Shown: positions 21,455 to 34,199 of the stretch, in pieces
Layout of the letters: every line of letters begins with the position of its first letter
Numbering within the stretch: position 1 is the stretch's first letter
Source: Perkinsus olseni
Lineage: Eukaryota
NCBI GenBank assembly: GCA_013115125.1
Contig: JABANN010000277.1
Location: 1 to 44,093, forward strand
DNA length: 44,093 nucleotides
Direction: 5' to 3'
Made by a program: the position numbers and the translations under genes
Notes under the pieces: model-generated
Databases searched by the model: none
Seen by the model: the letters and a program-made list of their open reading frames with translations, nothing else
What the model was told of the DNA's origin: nothing

Positions 21455-24400
21455 CTAGAAGTCCCAGCCTTCAGGGCCACTGGACAGGATGTCCTCATCA
21501 TCACCCTCGCCGCCGCCGTCGCCGCCGCCGCCGCCGACATCAAGATCGTCCACATTCAGCTCGTCGTCCCAGCCACCGACCTCCGCTCCGTCGAGGTCCC
21601 AGTCGTTTTTCACCGGTGACTTCACCACACTATCAACAACCTCGTCACCGTCGCTCCAACCATCTCTTCTCATTGGACGCCTCACGAAAGCCCTCAGCAA
21701 CGCAGGGACCGTCTCGAAAACGTTCTTTCGCTCAACAGCGAGATCAGCGAGGTCCCCGGCCTCAAAGCCCAGCCCAGAAACTCCATCGACCACCACACAA
21801 ACTTCTGCCATCAACGGCAGAGACCCTGCGCACTGCCTGAGCACATCCTCAGCGCTCAATGGCACCCGCCTGACGTTGAGACCAGGTAGTAAGGTATGCA
21901 ACCGTGCAAGTGATTCCGTCAGCTGACTTCCACCGGCCACCGCGATGTCGAGCAACCGTCGCGCCAGGAAATATCGCTGAACTAGTTGTTCTTCCTCGTT
22001 CTGACTGTGACTAGTTCGCCCGGCCAACTCAGCAACAACACCTCTCAGCCTGTCCTCGAACAGCTCAGGGGACTCAATGCACTTTGGGAAGAGCCTCATG
22101 GCTGCACCCTCACAGCACGGGTCATCCGAGTTGGTCGTCAGGACGGTGCAGAGCTGCTCCAACGCCAACACAGCCGCGGTCCTGTTGTAACTACGATGGT
22201 TGCCTTCGCTGACGCTGCTACTGCCAGCCACCTTAGCGATAAAGTCAGGGTCATCGATCCGGGCCACTAGGTCCTCATCGCTGCCATCAATCATTTCATC
22301 CCAGTCCCCACTAGCCGAGGGCGTGCTCACATCGTCGCAAAACTCAGTGTCGGAGTCATCCGGTATCTCATCGTCACCATCCAGTTGGGCGAGGACAGGT
22401 AAGGCTTTCTGAAGCGCAGCGCTCGAGCCCACACTGTCACGGTGGGAGGCCGCAAGCTGTCTCGAAATCCGCAGCAGCACCGCCTCCCGATAGTCCTCAT
22501 CACCAGCAAGGTGGGCAACCGAGAGGTAGCGGTACTCGGCCTTCAGCGGCGCGCATCGATCCAGCAACTTCGCCAACAGGTCCAGCCGAGCGACTCGAGG
22601 GGACCCCGGCACACTGAGGGACCTCACAAAGGCTACAACATGCCTCTTCTCTGTCAGGGACATCACATCACTGTTCAGCGCAGGGCAGAGCAGCTTCTCG
22701 TCAACCTCTTCCGGCCGGGCTCCAAGCCTCAATAGCATTCCTGCGAGCTCGGGATCATCAGAGAGCAACCCTATGCCAGCGTCAACGACCGGCTCATCAG
22801 TATCTAGAGCTATCGAGTACTCTGGCAACAGCGATCCCTGAGGCATGGACTTCACTGACGAACAGAGATCCATCAGTTGGGAGACATCGCACCCTTGCGA
22901 CGAAAAAATGCCGCCACCGAGGGTCGAACCCGGGAGGGTGTAGTCAGTCTTCAAACCTTGGAAGTTCCTAGGCGGCCAATCCGGCACCACCTTCGCCCAC
23001 TCATCCTCATCAGAGACCACCGGTAAGTGAATGCCCGCCTCCGACCTCAAGTACTGGCTCGTAGCCCTCACGGTTTCAAGAGCGTCATAAATATCATCAT
23101 CGCTGCACGTCGTGACGCCATCAGCCACCATGCTGTCCATCTCCTTAGACTCATCATCATCCAGCACACCACCACTCTGCAACACAGCCGCAGCCAGCCT
23201 CCAACAATTGCCATACCCGGCCCGCTCGAGCTCCTTAGTGTACTCTATCGACTCGGCAACCCGATGGTCTGATAGACTATACTGACACACAAGCAGCAGG
23301 CCTCCCCTCGACCACGACCCAGAGCTGATGCTCTCACTCAGCTTCCGAAGGCCATCATTGTTGCCAAGGGACTGAAGGTTGTACGCTACCACAGCATTGA
23401 GCAGCTTGAAGGAGGCTTCGTCTGCACTGTGAGTTGCCAGCAGCATCCTTATGTCGTGGGGCGTCGAAAACGCGAAGTCCCGAAAGGAAGCTCGGGCGTT
23501 GGGAGCTGCGGCCTTCAAAACCACGCTTACCGCCTGTCCGACCAGCTTGCCGCCGATACCAGGTCCTTTGAATTCCCTATACGACAGCAGGTCGAACACC
23601 AACGCGCATATATCTAGCAGCTCGGATAATTTCGTGGCGCGTGACGATTGGCTGAGCTTCAGCAGCCGGCGAGCCCTCTCGATACCGATATCGTATCGGA
23701 GGGCATCAGCCGAATCAATGGCCTTGATGGAAGCCTCAGCGATCCAATCATCGACTTCCCCTCCCTCCTCACGCCACCTCTCCACAGCCCACTGCAAGGC
23801 CTCTGGCAGACTGTCTTGGCCCACCAGCTGATCGCAGAAATCGCTATAGACTTGCGACAGTGCGACCGCCTTAGACAGACCGTGCTTGACAATATAGACG
23901 ACAATGTCGAGGAGCTTCTGCCAGAATAGTTCACTCCGCGGCTGCGAGCCAGCCTCCATCGCCATACCGTCCACCAGCCTGCCAGCGTACTCCTTGTCCG
24001 CGATGGTCATAGAGTTCTCGGCGCCCCCACCGCCACTACAAGCCTCCATAAAACGGAAGGTAACGCGACAGCACACAACGTTGAAGTTAGCGTCCATCAG
24101 CTCCGCACAGGTCGTATGAGCGTCCAAACGATCGGCCCTCGCCATCAACTCACTCCAAGCCTCAGCCTTAACTCCGCGCGGTACACCGCTGCGGCCATCG
24201 GGCAAGGACTGGTAAATATCAGACACGTACGAGTGGATCGCCGCAGCCGGGGCGTAGCGACTAGCATACACGCTGTCAACGGCGAACTGGACCAGTCGGG
24301 CCGTCGAGCGGATAATCCTGTCCTGAGGCTTCAGCGTCGGCTTGGACGCACAGACGACGTCCGATACACGATGAACGACCTTGGCCGCTTCCTCCGGCTC

Positions 24401-26492
24401 TCTGACGGTCCGTATCTCGCCACCGAGGTACTCGATCACACTAGAATCGACCGTAACAGCGACCGTCGAGGCACACGCCTCCAACAGCCCAGATGGCAGC
24501 GCGTCCGGTGATGAACCGTAGACTGCGCTGATCACATCCGCACTGGGCGAGGGGATCGGCGGGACGTCGCATGGCACCGCTTGCTCGAACAGCACCTTTC
24601 CAGTGCTGCCAGGCTCCGAGGCTTCGATCACCCTTGCTATCCTCTGGACAGGAGTAAGCCCCATCCACTCCTCAAAGGACGGCGCCTGCTGACCACCATA
24701 CACTGCCACTTGCAGTGCGTGCTGCGCTATCAGTTTATAAAGACCGTAGATGAGCGCCTCCATAGGGCCCGGCGGCGCTCGAAGTTTAGTAGGCAGGCTC
24801 AACTGCTCCGGCCGCGATGGTATCTGAGCCAAGCAAGCCACTGTTGATAACGACGTAGTCGAGAGCGCGGAAAGCATGTCCTTTTCATATGCAAATCGCA
24901 AAATTTGCCGTAACTGCTACGATTTTTCGAAAAACTAGTTAGAACTTTCAAGGAACACTGAGAGAGCCATCACTAAATGTCTCATTAGTTTACTAAAACC
25001 GTTTTATGGCTCACTAGGAAGAAACCGTCAGTAACACCGGCGTTGGGCTTTGAACTCGCACACACGACATGGCCGAACAGCCTCACCTGCTGTCCCATCA
25101 ACAACCTCGCTCCAATGGCGAGGGTCTCCAAGGCAGCCCCATGCTGGCCTGCATAATGAACTTGAGCCCACGCCCGATGTAGATAAAACGCTACGCAGGA
25201 CTCTCTCGAAGGAGGAGCGACCTGCGGCAAGATCCTCTGACCAACACCAAGAGGCCAAGTACTACCCGACAGCCCTTCACAGCGGAGGGCATCAGTACCC
25301 CCACCAACGCCATCGGCTTCATAGCGCCTTGCCACAGCGGGTAGGCGCTGCAGATGGACCACCAGTTGGCACGGGAGACAGATGGTGTGATGGCCTAAAG
25401 AGAAGCATCGGGGGACGGCTCTCGACACTGTAGCGGCTCCTACCTGGGCCAAGGCCTCGAACTGCTGACTAGCAGCCAGAAAAACACAGAGGCTGGTGTC
25501 GGTCATGGAACAGAGCTCGCTCCAGGGCAGCACTCTAGACAGGGAGGGCGGCTCATCCGGGCCTGAGGGGGAGCATCGGAACTGCTACTGACCGAAATTC
25601 CCAGAGCACTACCAGCTGGAGAGTTGATGAATCCTCTGTAAAGCTGCAGCCGCCGAGTAAGTCTCTTAACCGTCGAATACTCAGCGTCGGCTGCTGCCAA
25701 AAGATCCCCAACTGCCCTCACGGCTAGTCTATTAACTTGACCATCGGCAGATACAAAAGATACGTTTTGGCACCACTCATTCAGCAGCCACTGCCAATCA
25801 ACGGCCGGGGAGCCTACCACGACACCATCCATCTCAGGCCATACACGAAGACCTCATTACCGCTGCGGGCGAAGTCTATAAGCTCCCTGAAATCCTCGTC
25901 ACTTCCTCTCCGCCGCCGCCGTCGCCACCGAGTCTTCATCCGCTGCATCTTCTCCTCATCAGACTCTTCCTCGACCTCGACGTCGGGAGTGGTCTGAGCG
26001 AACGGTCAATCTTATGTGGCAGCCAAGTGGCGTCCACATACCACACTTCGAGATCATCGATATTGTGTAAGCCCGATTCACCCTCGAGAACGACCAGGGA
26101 GAGAACACGGTTATTAGACAGCACGCTCTAGCAGCTCACTACAAAATCAGCCGTTCAACATGACCCTTTCGCCTCTACGGATATTCCGTAGAGTCCTTCG
26201 GAACTCCGCCATACCCAGCAACCCCACGACACTGATGGGCGAAACTGTTCCCCTCAAAACTCAATATCCGAAAGAACTACCGGTGCCTGCTACCATCAGT
26301 TTACCGCTCGCCACTACTCAGTCAACATGTAAGGCCAGGCGGTGAACGGGAAGGAGGGCCACGAAACTCCCACCGTACGAATACGCTCCGCTCCCAAGAG
26401 CATATTACCATCTCTATGCTATCCTCCGCCACTTCATCCTCATCATCATTGATCACCTGGGCGTTCCTTTTCTTGCTGAAGAAGGAGCCCAT
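21455..26492 (-). CDS. NBAS: NBAS/Sec39-like Golgi-to-ER tethering subunit; large terminal exon plus several 5' exons
   Basis: 1148-codon terminal ORF. Upstream exons read DWQWLLNEWC...RRLQLY and FYLHRAWAQVHYAGQHGAALETLAIG, followed by LQVAVYGG...SFEEWMGLTPVQRIARVI and DRLDAHTTCAELM, matching the Sec39-domain pattern from memory. Acidic GW-rich tail. Probable start MGSFFSKKRN at 26492. Confidence 0.7.
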
Positions 26493-26674
26493 TAACGTCA
26501 ATTATTTGAATAAAAGACTGCCATCATGAGAATATACGCTAACCGTCACACATGATGCCTCAGGGCCCGTCACGATTTCTTCTCAGAAAGAGTATATTAA
26601 CCGATACTTAGTTCTACTATATAGTTCGCCTCGAGACTGATGAGAGGCAGAGTGGGCTTCGCTGTTTGGCAGGC

Positions 26675-27470
26675 TTATTTCCGACATGGACGATTCACCG
26701 ACTCCGAGACGAAGTAGCAGTGGTCCGAGAACAGCACTACAGGCCTTAGTAGGTGTAGTATGTCCTTGCTCGACCTTACCATCACCCCCTCGATCTTATG
26801 CTGCACTGAAGGCAAGCGTCCTCGCGCGGCGGCCCATCTAGCAACATAATTTGGCAATTCGGCCGATCTCTCAGCAGCCAGCGATCGGATCTCGAGGTCA
26901 TGCCGCGTCAGTTTTAGCAACCTCTATTTAAACGTTCCACTCATCTCTTTGACGCTGGGAAGTCTCGGAACCCTGCACGACAGCAGCAGCGGCGCAGTCG
27001 AAAAAACAAAGTAGGGAAAAACGCCTTTGCCAGGCATCGAACCCACATCGCGGGCCTGGCAGCTACGAACTTGTAACGTGGCGCCTGCTCGCAGTATGCC
27101 ACGCATTGAGTGAGTTGGTGGGAGAGATGCGCAGAGAGAGCGTGACGATCCACTGCTAGTGGGAGATGGGCTGTACCAAGGTTACGGCGTAGGGTGGCGG
27201 AGGGTGGAAACTTCAGGACTTGCCGCTGGCCGATGAGGGTGGTAACGAACATACACTCTCGCGTAGCCACGTCGAGCTACTACACCTACCGACTAAACTC
27301 AACGAGCTATCCGGTGCACCGAGACGACAAGATCTCCCGATCGTGTTGCAAGAAACCTTGTTATTTGGTCAGTGTCTGTTTACACGGTGCAGCGTGAGCA
27401 TACGATTCCATGATTCGGCAGATGATTCCTCTGGTTATCAGCCATTCGGCCATTGACCAACCCTCCCGGG
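26675..27470 (-). CDS. Spliced hypothetical protein
   Basis: Successive protein-like minus-strand exons separated by short introns, ending LKLTRHDLEIRSLAAERSAELPNYVARW...NRPCRK* at 26675. Start uncertain. Confidence 0.45.
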
Positions 27471-27544
27471 CCATCAGGTCCCCCAAACACGGAAGAAAAC
27501 CGGGAAAGTGAGAAACGTTGAATACTGAAACATCCACCACGAAT

Positions 27545-30500
27545 TCAGCATGCAGCCTCGCGCCTGGTATCACGCTCCTGGATGAGCTCAGGCAGCCTCA
27601 AATGCCGCGGTAGATGGCGGCTCAGCCACGACAGCCTATCATCAGCAGTCGAGAGACTCTCCCAAGTTTGAAATGGCACCTGAAAACACAGGCGACTCGA
27701 CCCCCCACCCGCAGCTCCTTCCTGTGCGACAATCACAGCGACGAGAGTGGGTCAATGCACTCACCAGCGCCAAATTGAAGCCCATCTTCCGTATCAGCAT
27801 GTGGCGTACTCGACTACGAGATGTCAAATGTGTGGTATTAGCCTGGAAAGAAATGATGGCAAGGCTCGACAAAAAGAAGCGCTCACGTAGAACTGCCATT
27901 CAGGGCACACTTCGATGACCGTATTAGTGGGCCCATGAAACATATCCAAATTGAAGGGGCCGGCCTTCAAGCCGTTCATCAGGTGTAAACCCGCGGCACT
28001 AAGGAGTTCCGACACCTCCCCTGACACAGGAAAGGCAGCACTTTGAGACACAACAATGACGCCCAACTGAACGACATGTCAAATTCGAGAGGTCATTCCC
28101 AAGCTCGTCCCACTCTCAATTGTTCAGTGTACCCCTGGCTAGCCCGTGTAACATCGATGAATCAACTCACTGTGAAATGGGCAACTTATCGGCAGCCGCT
28201 CCGTCTTGGTTTTCTTCACGGCCAGCGGCCTCGCTTCCTCGCCATACTTCTTCAACCTTTTCCTATACTTGTTGACCTCCTTCCGTCGCTTCTCCTTAGC
28301 GAGCCGTTTCTCTTCCCTCAACCGCTCGCGCTCCTCTTCGACGCTCTCATCGTCATTCCGTAACTGGAGTCCGATCAGCTAACAGTAGGAAGCGACCAAA
28401 CTATGCTCCGATTCTCATAGAAGGGCCAACCCTCTATGAGTTTTGGATAATTTTCAGGATTATACTGATACTCCTTATCTAGACAGGAACGGCCCAGAGC
28501 ACTCCTGCGCACAAAATAAGAATAGATCTTGGATACAGAGGCCGTCAGCGAAATGCACTGGACGCGCTCTGGCTAACTTCCTCTCAATGACCATCAGATG
28601 GTCACCATCCTGAATGGCGCCACAGAGAACCCCACGTAAGAACCCCTTCCTAAGGGGTGATCCAGCACCGTGTAGCGTTCCCGGACGGAACAGAGTTCTT
28701 GAGTTTTCGTGCAGGCTACTAGGAAAGTTTTTTCCCTTCAGTGTGTAGGAACGTGCCGAGGAACACTTGCTGGTATGCAGCAGTTAGAGGTGGGGAACTT
28801 ACCGCGAAGTGGCACATCGTGGAACATACAGGCCAAACATTTTGCTGTGAAACACAACACTCGTCAACACTGTCTGTGAGTCAACATGTCGTACTGATGC
28901 ATTTCGACAACTACTCGGCTTGACAACCTACGACTCAATTTCGGCGATACTGCACTTCTCACAATGCACCAGTGACGCAGCTACGCCCAATTGATGAAGA
29001 GAGAGACATTCGCGGCTTCTTTCGCCACACCTTGAACGCCTAGCCTAGCAGCTTGTCGATCTGAGCAGTCTTCGAACAGTAGTCAAGTGGCCAACCCTGC
29101 TCCATAAAAGTTGCGAACTGAGGGGGCCGGCTCTGTAGGTTAACCATTCCTACAGTAGTCGATCACTTCGAAGTACTCGACGTTAATTCGTTGATTATAG
29201 TCCGACGTTAAGTCCGATTATAGACAGAAATAGACAGAGTTTTCAACACTGACTGACCCTAATGGGTAGGTCAGATAGCTCGCTGCGAGGAGGTCGTGCG
29301 CATTGAATACATTATAGCTGTCTCAACCATTGACTAGGCTGAGCCAGAAGTTACTTCGAAACCTAGGCCCAGTGGTATCCTCGATGAGGTGGGTACACTG
29401 CGAATGTTTTGCAATGAGCTCGGGTTCTTGTGGCGTCTGTTCTCGATCGATACCGAGCCGGTCAGCCGCGGCTATCGACTTTATTCGTCAGACCGGCAGA
29501 TCGAAAGTAGATATTTGATTGATCAGGCCAGTATCAGGAAAGAGACGCCTCCTTAATTCGAACAGGACTTTGATTGATTGATGATTGATCTCGCCGATCC
29601 GTGGCTCGTCGCAGCGAATTCACAATGCTACTATGACGCACTATCATCCTGCCATTTACCAATGGCTCAGGAAGACTGTCAGCCAATGCAATGAATGAGG
29701 CCCACTAACCTCAAACTACCCGCTGGGTAAGCGGCAGCGCTGATCGTAGTAAGGGACCCTCGGTACTGCTTAAGATTGGATTTTACTCCTGACCATACCA
29801 TCTCTTCCCCAACCTACATCACGCAGGAACTCCTTCACGTTGTCATTCAGTTGCTGCCAAACAGCTTCCTCCTTACAAAGCCGGACGTACAGCTCTACCA
29901 CCTGTAGATGGCGGCTGTACCTGAATAACCGAACGCTGGTAGCCTTTCCCATGAAAAAACTATTCTTGATGCGTGAACAGCATACAACAACCCCAACATT
30001 GCACTAGAACATCGCCATAGTTATACCGTCACGAACTACTGGGCCGTCCAAACCGTTACACAAATCGCCCAAGAACCTCTTTCCGGCATAAAACTGATGG
30101 TTCCCCAGTATCATATACCACAATACCCCAAAGTGCGGAATATCAACATCAGCCGATCGATCAGCTCAGCAACCTAGCCTCCATCACCTCAGGTCGCTCA
30201 GCTGTTCTCTCTTAACCGCTTCTGCTCGATACAAGTAGTTAATCATAGTGGCATCGTCAAACATCTCAACAGCCTGATATCGAGAGCACCATCCCCTCAA
30301 CCTCTAGGCCGTACCACTCCATCCTCTCCTCACAGTGATCCATTTGATATTCATGAACTCCTTCACGATCAGAGTATTTTCACAAACCGCTTGACATAAC
30401 GCTATCGCCAAAGGTTTACACCTGACCCCGAACACGCGGGCGTTATTCCCTCTAGCTCATGAGCGAGCTTTTCCAAGCACACCAATACCATAGCGAACAG

Positions 30501-32697
30501 CATCCAGTCCGACCTTCCCAGCAACCTTGCACGACCGAGCTTCCACCTCGATCCACATTCATTTCCGACAGCTCGGCAAACGGAGACATCCCGCCGAATT
30601 CCGGCCCGTACCCGGTCCTTACCATAGTTGTGTTGCAAGGTCCAGCTTTGCTGCCGAGTTCGCCGCCTTCACTAGTATCTTATGCGGTACCGTCGGCCAC
30701 GTCAAGGCCGTCTTTTGGAGCATCGCTATCAGCTTCTCATCTCTGTACTGCAACCGCGACAACGCCTGAGCTCGCAGACCATCGGAAGCTACCAAGGTGC
30801 CCACCATCGCTCACTTGCATCAGGTGGCAGAAGTTCTCCGGCTTCATCTCAGTGAATTTGAGCGCGCAAGCTGCCAATATCGTTCGGTAATAGGGTACCA
30901 CTCGGCGGTTGTAAACTTGTACAGAAGCGGCAGCTTGAAAGACTCGCAGAAGCGACCGAAAATGGCACTGACAAGGCGGAGCGAAGCTATCACCAAGTGG
31001 CGATATCTCGAGATTATTCCCATCACTGGAGGTGTCATTACGAAGCTCCAACCTCCCTTCCTCTTATTGAGTCCTCAACCACGCGGACAACTACCACTAC
31101 TACGACCAGCGCCCCTCTAGCGAACTCAGTAGGGCTCGACTTGGTAACACATACTACAGAAGTGCAAAATCGTGAGTTACGTTCACGCGTCGTACAACAT
31201 TCTGATGCACGGTAACGGATGCGATTTACGCTTCACGGCTTCGGTGACTTCAGTGCCGCGACCAACCAGCCGTATATGTACTACATACCCCTTCTCACCT
31301 TATCCGACAGCTGTGCCGCCCGCCGCAAGTAGGCTTCCCAGAGGGCCTCATCAATCGCTAGATCAGGTTTCTGATTCATTTTATGCGCCTAAGTCCGGCC
31401 ATGGACCACGAGTAAAGCAATCCCTCCCCACTTCATTGAGCATATTCCTCTTCAGCTCTTTCGTGCACATGAATGGCACTGCAAGGGGGTCGGATGACTG
31501 GTAATTTTTCTCATACCTGCTGCAGAGCTAGCCCACTAGCATCCCGAACGCCGCTAGCTGGGAATCGAAAGGGGAGCCAAGTTGGAGACAACAGTAACGA
31601 GCTAAGCTCAAGTTAACAACGGAGGAGTTCGAAATGACCGAGAAATGTAAGAGAACTTAGAGGAGCACATCCCTGGGAGAAATATCAAGGCCTACTACCA
31701 ATAATCCCTGGCCCGCACCGCCTTTTTCTTTTTCAACTTTTTCCGTTCAACGTCGTCAGAATCCTCGCCGTTCTCTGACGGTCTCCCCAACTTGTCAGCA
31801 TGCTGAAATGACAAGGACCAGAACTGAGATTCGTGCTCAGCCGAGTCCGAACGCAAACATTTCAGACGGTTCAAATCGCCTGTTGCCTCACAGCCACAGC
31901 AGAGCAGGTCACTGGGACAGCATCGCTACTACCGACCTCAGAAATGATCTTATTCACCAGCTCCTTGTTGCCATCCAAGCCCCTCTCTCGATCCTTGAAA
32001 TACCTGATCACGCAGCAATCATAGGCTAAGTGGCGTCGTCTCCCACTTCGGCCAGCACAACTCTGTGATGAGTAGAGTCCTACCGAGTTCGATAAGGCCT
32101 TACTTAGCGTAATAGTCGGAACCCCATCCCTTCGGATTCCTATGTAACGGTTCGAACGGGTTCGGAAGCTTCCGCAACTTCGGTATCCGCGGCGCCACAG
32201 TACCTGCTGTACAAATCCCTACCAAGTCAGCCAAGCCCATCATCACCTTTTGCTTCCTTAGCATGCACTAGAGGGCTCTTCCCTCGGCTTTCGACAGCCT
32301 TAGGGCGGTAGTAGTGGGGCTTCAACTGCCGATCCTGCAACGCCGGCACAGTATCTAACTCAATTCGTACACGCTCATTGACCCGCACCCACTGCACGAA
32401 CCTTCCCCTTGATACCCTTCGCTCCTGGCAGCTTCGTCCAGGTCTCTTATAGAGGAGCCCAGTGACAAGCCTTTAGTCGGCATAACCTGAAGGAAGCCTC
32501 TTGTCCTCGTCCGAGGCTCTGCGCTGGCCTACCGGGAAGTCGCCATCTTGACGGCACACCTCTGGTTTGATGTACCGCGGCGCTAATTTCTTAACTCTCT
32601 GGTACTTCTTGTTGACTCGACCGGCGAATCCACGCACTGAGGTCGGTCGGGGGTTCGCCTGCCCTGGCGCGCTCCGGAGGAGGATAAGGAGACTCAT
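27545..32697 (-). CDS. RAP-domain RNA-binding protein with helical repeats and a putative mitochondrial presequence; the 5' part could be a separate gene
   Basis: C-terminal RAP pattern VSELLSAAGLHLMNGLKAGPFNLD...VIEVCPEWQFY...SRVRHMLIRKMGFNL..VPFQTWESL. Upstream helical exons (ALSRLQYRDEKLIAML, HLQVVELYVRL). Arg-rich, acid-free N-terminus MSLLILLRSAPGQANPRPTSVRGFA at 32697. Confidence 0.7.
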
Positions 32698-32893
32698 TGC
32701 TGCTGAGCTCAATAACTAATCTGCAGAGAAGCAGTCATGGGGCCCACCAGAAAGGGCGGCGAGAAAATTCTTGATTTGTAGGTGAGCTGGTGAAAGGGTG
32801 TTGTAGCGCGCGTCAAAACGTCACCGACGCGGAAAGTTTAGCGCATTAATAATCAGCGCTGGAACTACTACGACTTCACCGCTGAAAATGTGG

Positions 32894-33502
32894 TCATGAT
32901 ACGATGTTATAGTCAGCCAACAGCAGCAGGTAACCCAGTCCAGCTGTACTGTACATACCCCTCACCACGGTAGTCCCTCTCAGGACTGTGCCGCGAGGCT
33001 AGTGTGAAGGCAGTGCCTTCTCGTGTGAGGATGGCTAAGGAGGTGCGTTACCTGCTTGCACTCCCGTCGTATAACGAGGGGCTTCACGTCTGGGTGACTT
33101 GGAAGAACAATCGATGGCTTCTCAGCTGGCCATAATAGACAATCTGTGGTGCTCGAGTCCATTGAGATTGTTTCTTTGGGGGTGTTTGATAGACTGTTGC
33201 CTCTCCCCAATTTCTGGAGCGCTCCCAGGATTGAATTTAACCTGTTCAAGACGATCCTGAGGGCGTTTTGGAGCTCTTGAAAGGGCTTTTGAACACCCGC
33301 TCTTCTCTGCAGGCCCTGTACAACCTAGACACCCGTGCGGATAGCCTGACGCTAGCGAAGCTTCGTGACGCCGGCCTCGACCTGAGGTGATGGCCTCAAC
33401 TACTTATGGACTTTTTTAACGTGGCGCTTTCAGAGGAGATCCGCGGCAGTTGATGGTCGCGAGTGGCAAGGGGTCCCGGACGCCCAGAGAGCTGCTATTC
33501 AT
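32894..33502 (-). CDS. Small spliced hypothetical protein
   Basis: MNSSSLGVRDPLPLATINCRGSPLKAP, then exon ...FQELQNALRIVLNRLNSILGALQKLG...IRRECKQ|gt and short 3' exons. Confidence 0.4.
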
Positions 33503-34199
33503 TGACGACGATGAGGACGACTTGCTTGGCAACTTCAGGTGCCTCGGGGAAGCAGAGTATTCTCCACTGCGAATTTTCAAAAACGGTTTTAGAGAAGTTC
33601 TAAAGTTTTCGAAAAACCGTTACGCGTTAGATTATGATTGTTTCTTAACACGTGGCGAGAGCACTCCGCGATTTTCAGGGCTGTGTGACAGGCCAATTCT
33701 TGAATTCAGAATCGATTCTGGGACGGCATTCCACATGTCGAAATCATTTCCAGAATCGATTCTGAGGTTTTACAATTAGTTCAAGGAATGGCAAATTTGC
33801 CGTCCGGAATTGTTAGCGGCCTCAACGACTTAACAAGTAGAAATGCCACTGTCTGAAATTCAGACTCTGAATGACAGTGTTGCTGAAGCAGAAGCACTCT
33901 GAGTCCTGTCACGTTCACGTCGAGGCGTCACGTGAATTCAGTGCCAGTGTAGTCGCAGGAGACCAGCTCTCATTGTCGCGTCGTTCGCGACCCTGAATGA
34001 TCACGGGTTATGTACCCCGATTCATTGTTCTCACCTACTTCAGGATGTTTCACAACAACAGGGACAGCGTTGTCCCTCAGCAAGACAAGAAACCCACGAT
34101 TAAGAACAGGTTGGCACCGAGGGACCGGCCCCTGCCCGATCAATAGCGGCGTCGTTGTTAACCTCAAGATACCGCTTGTCGAAATTCAACTTCGGCACA

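Noticed and set aside
21397-24847. Numerous plus-strand ORFs, including an Arg-rich 147-aa ORF
   Set aside because: Antisense shadows of the GC-rich NBAS-like exon.
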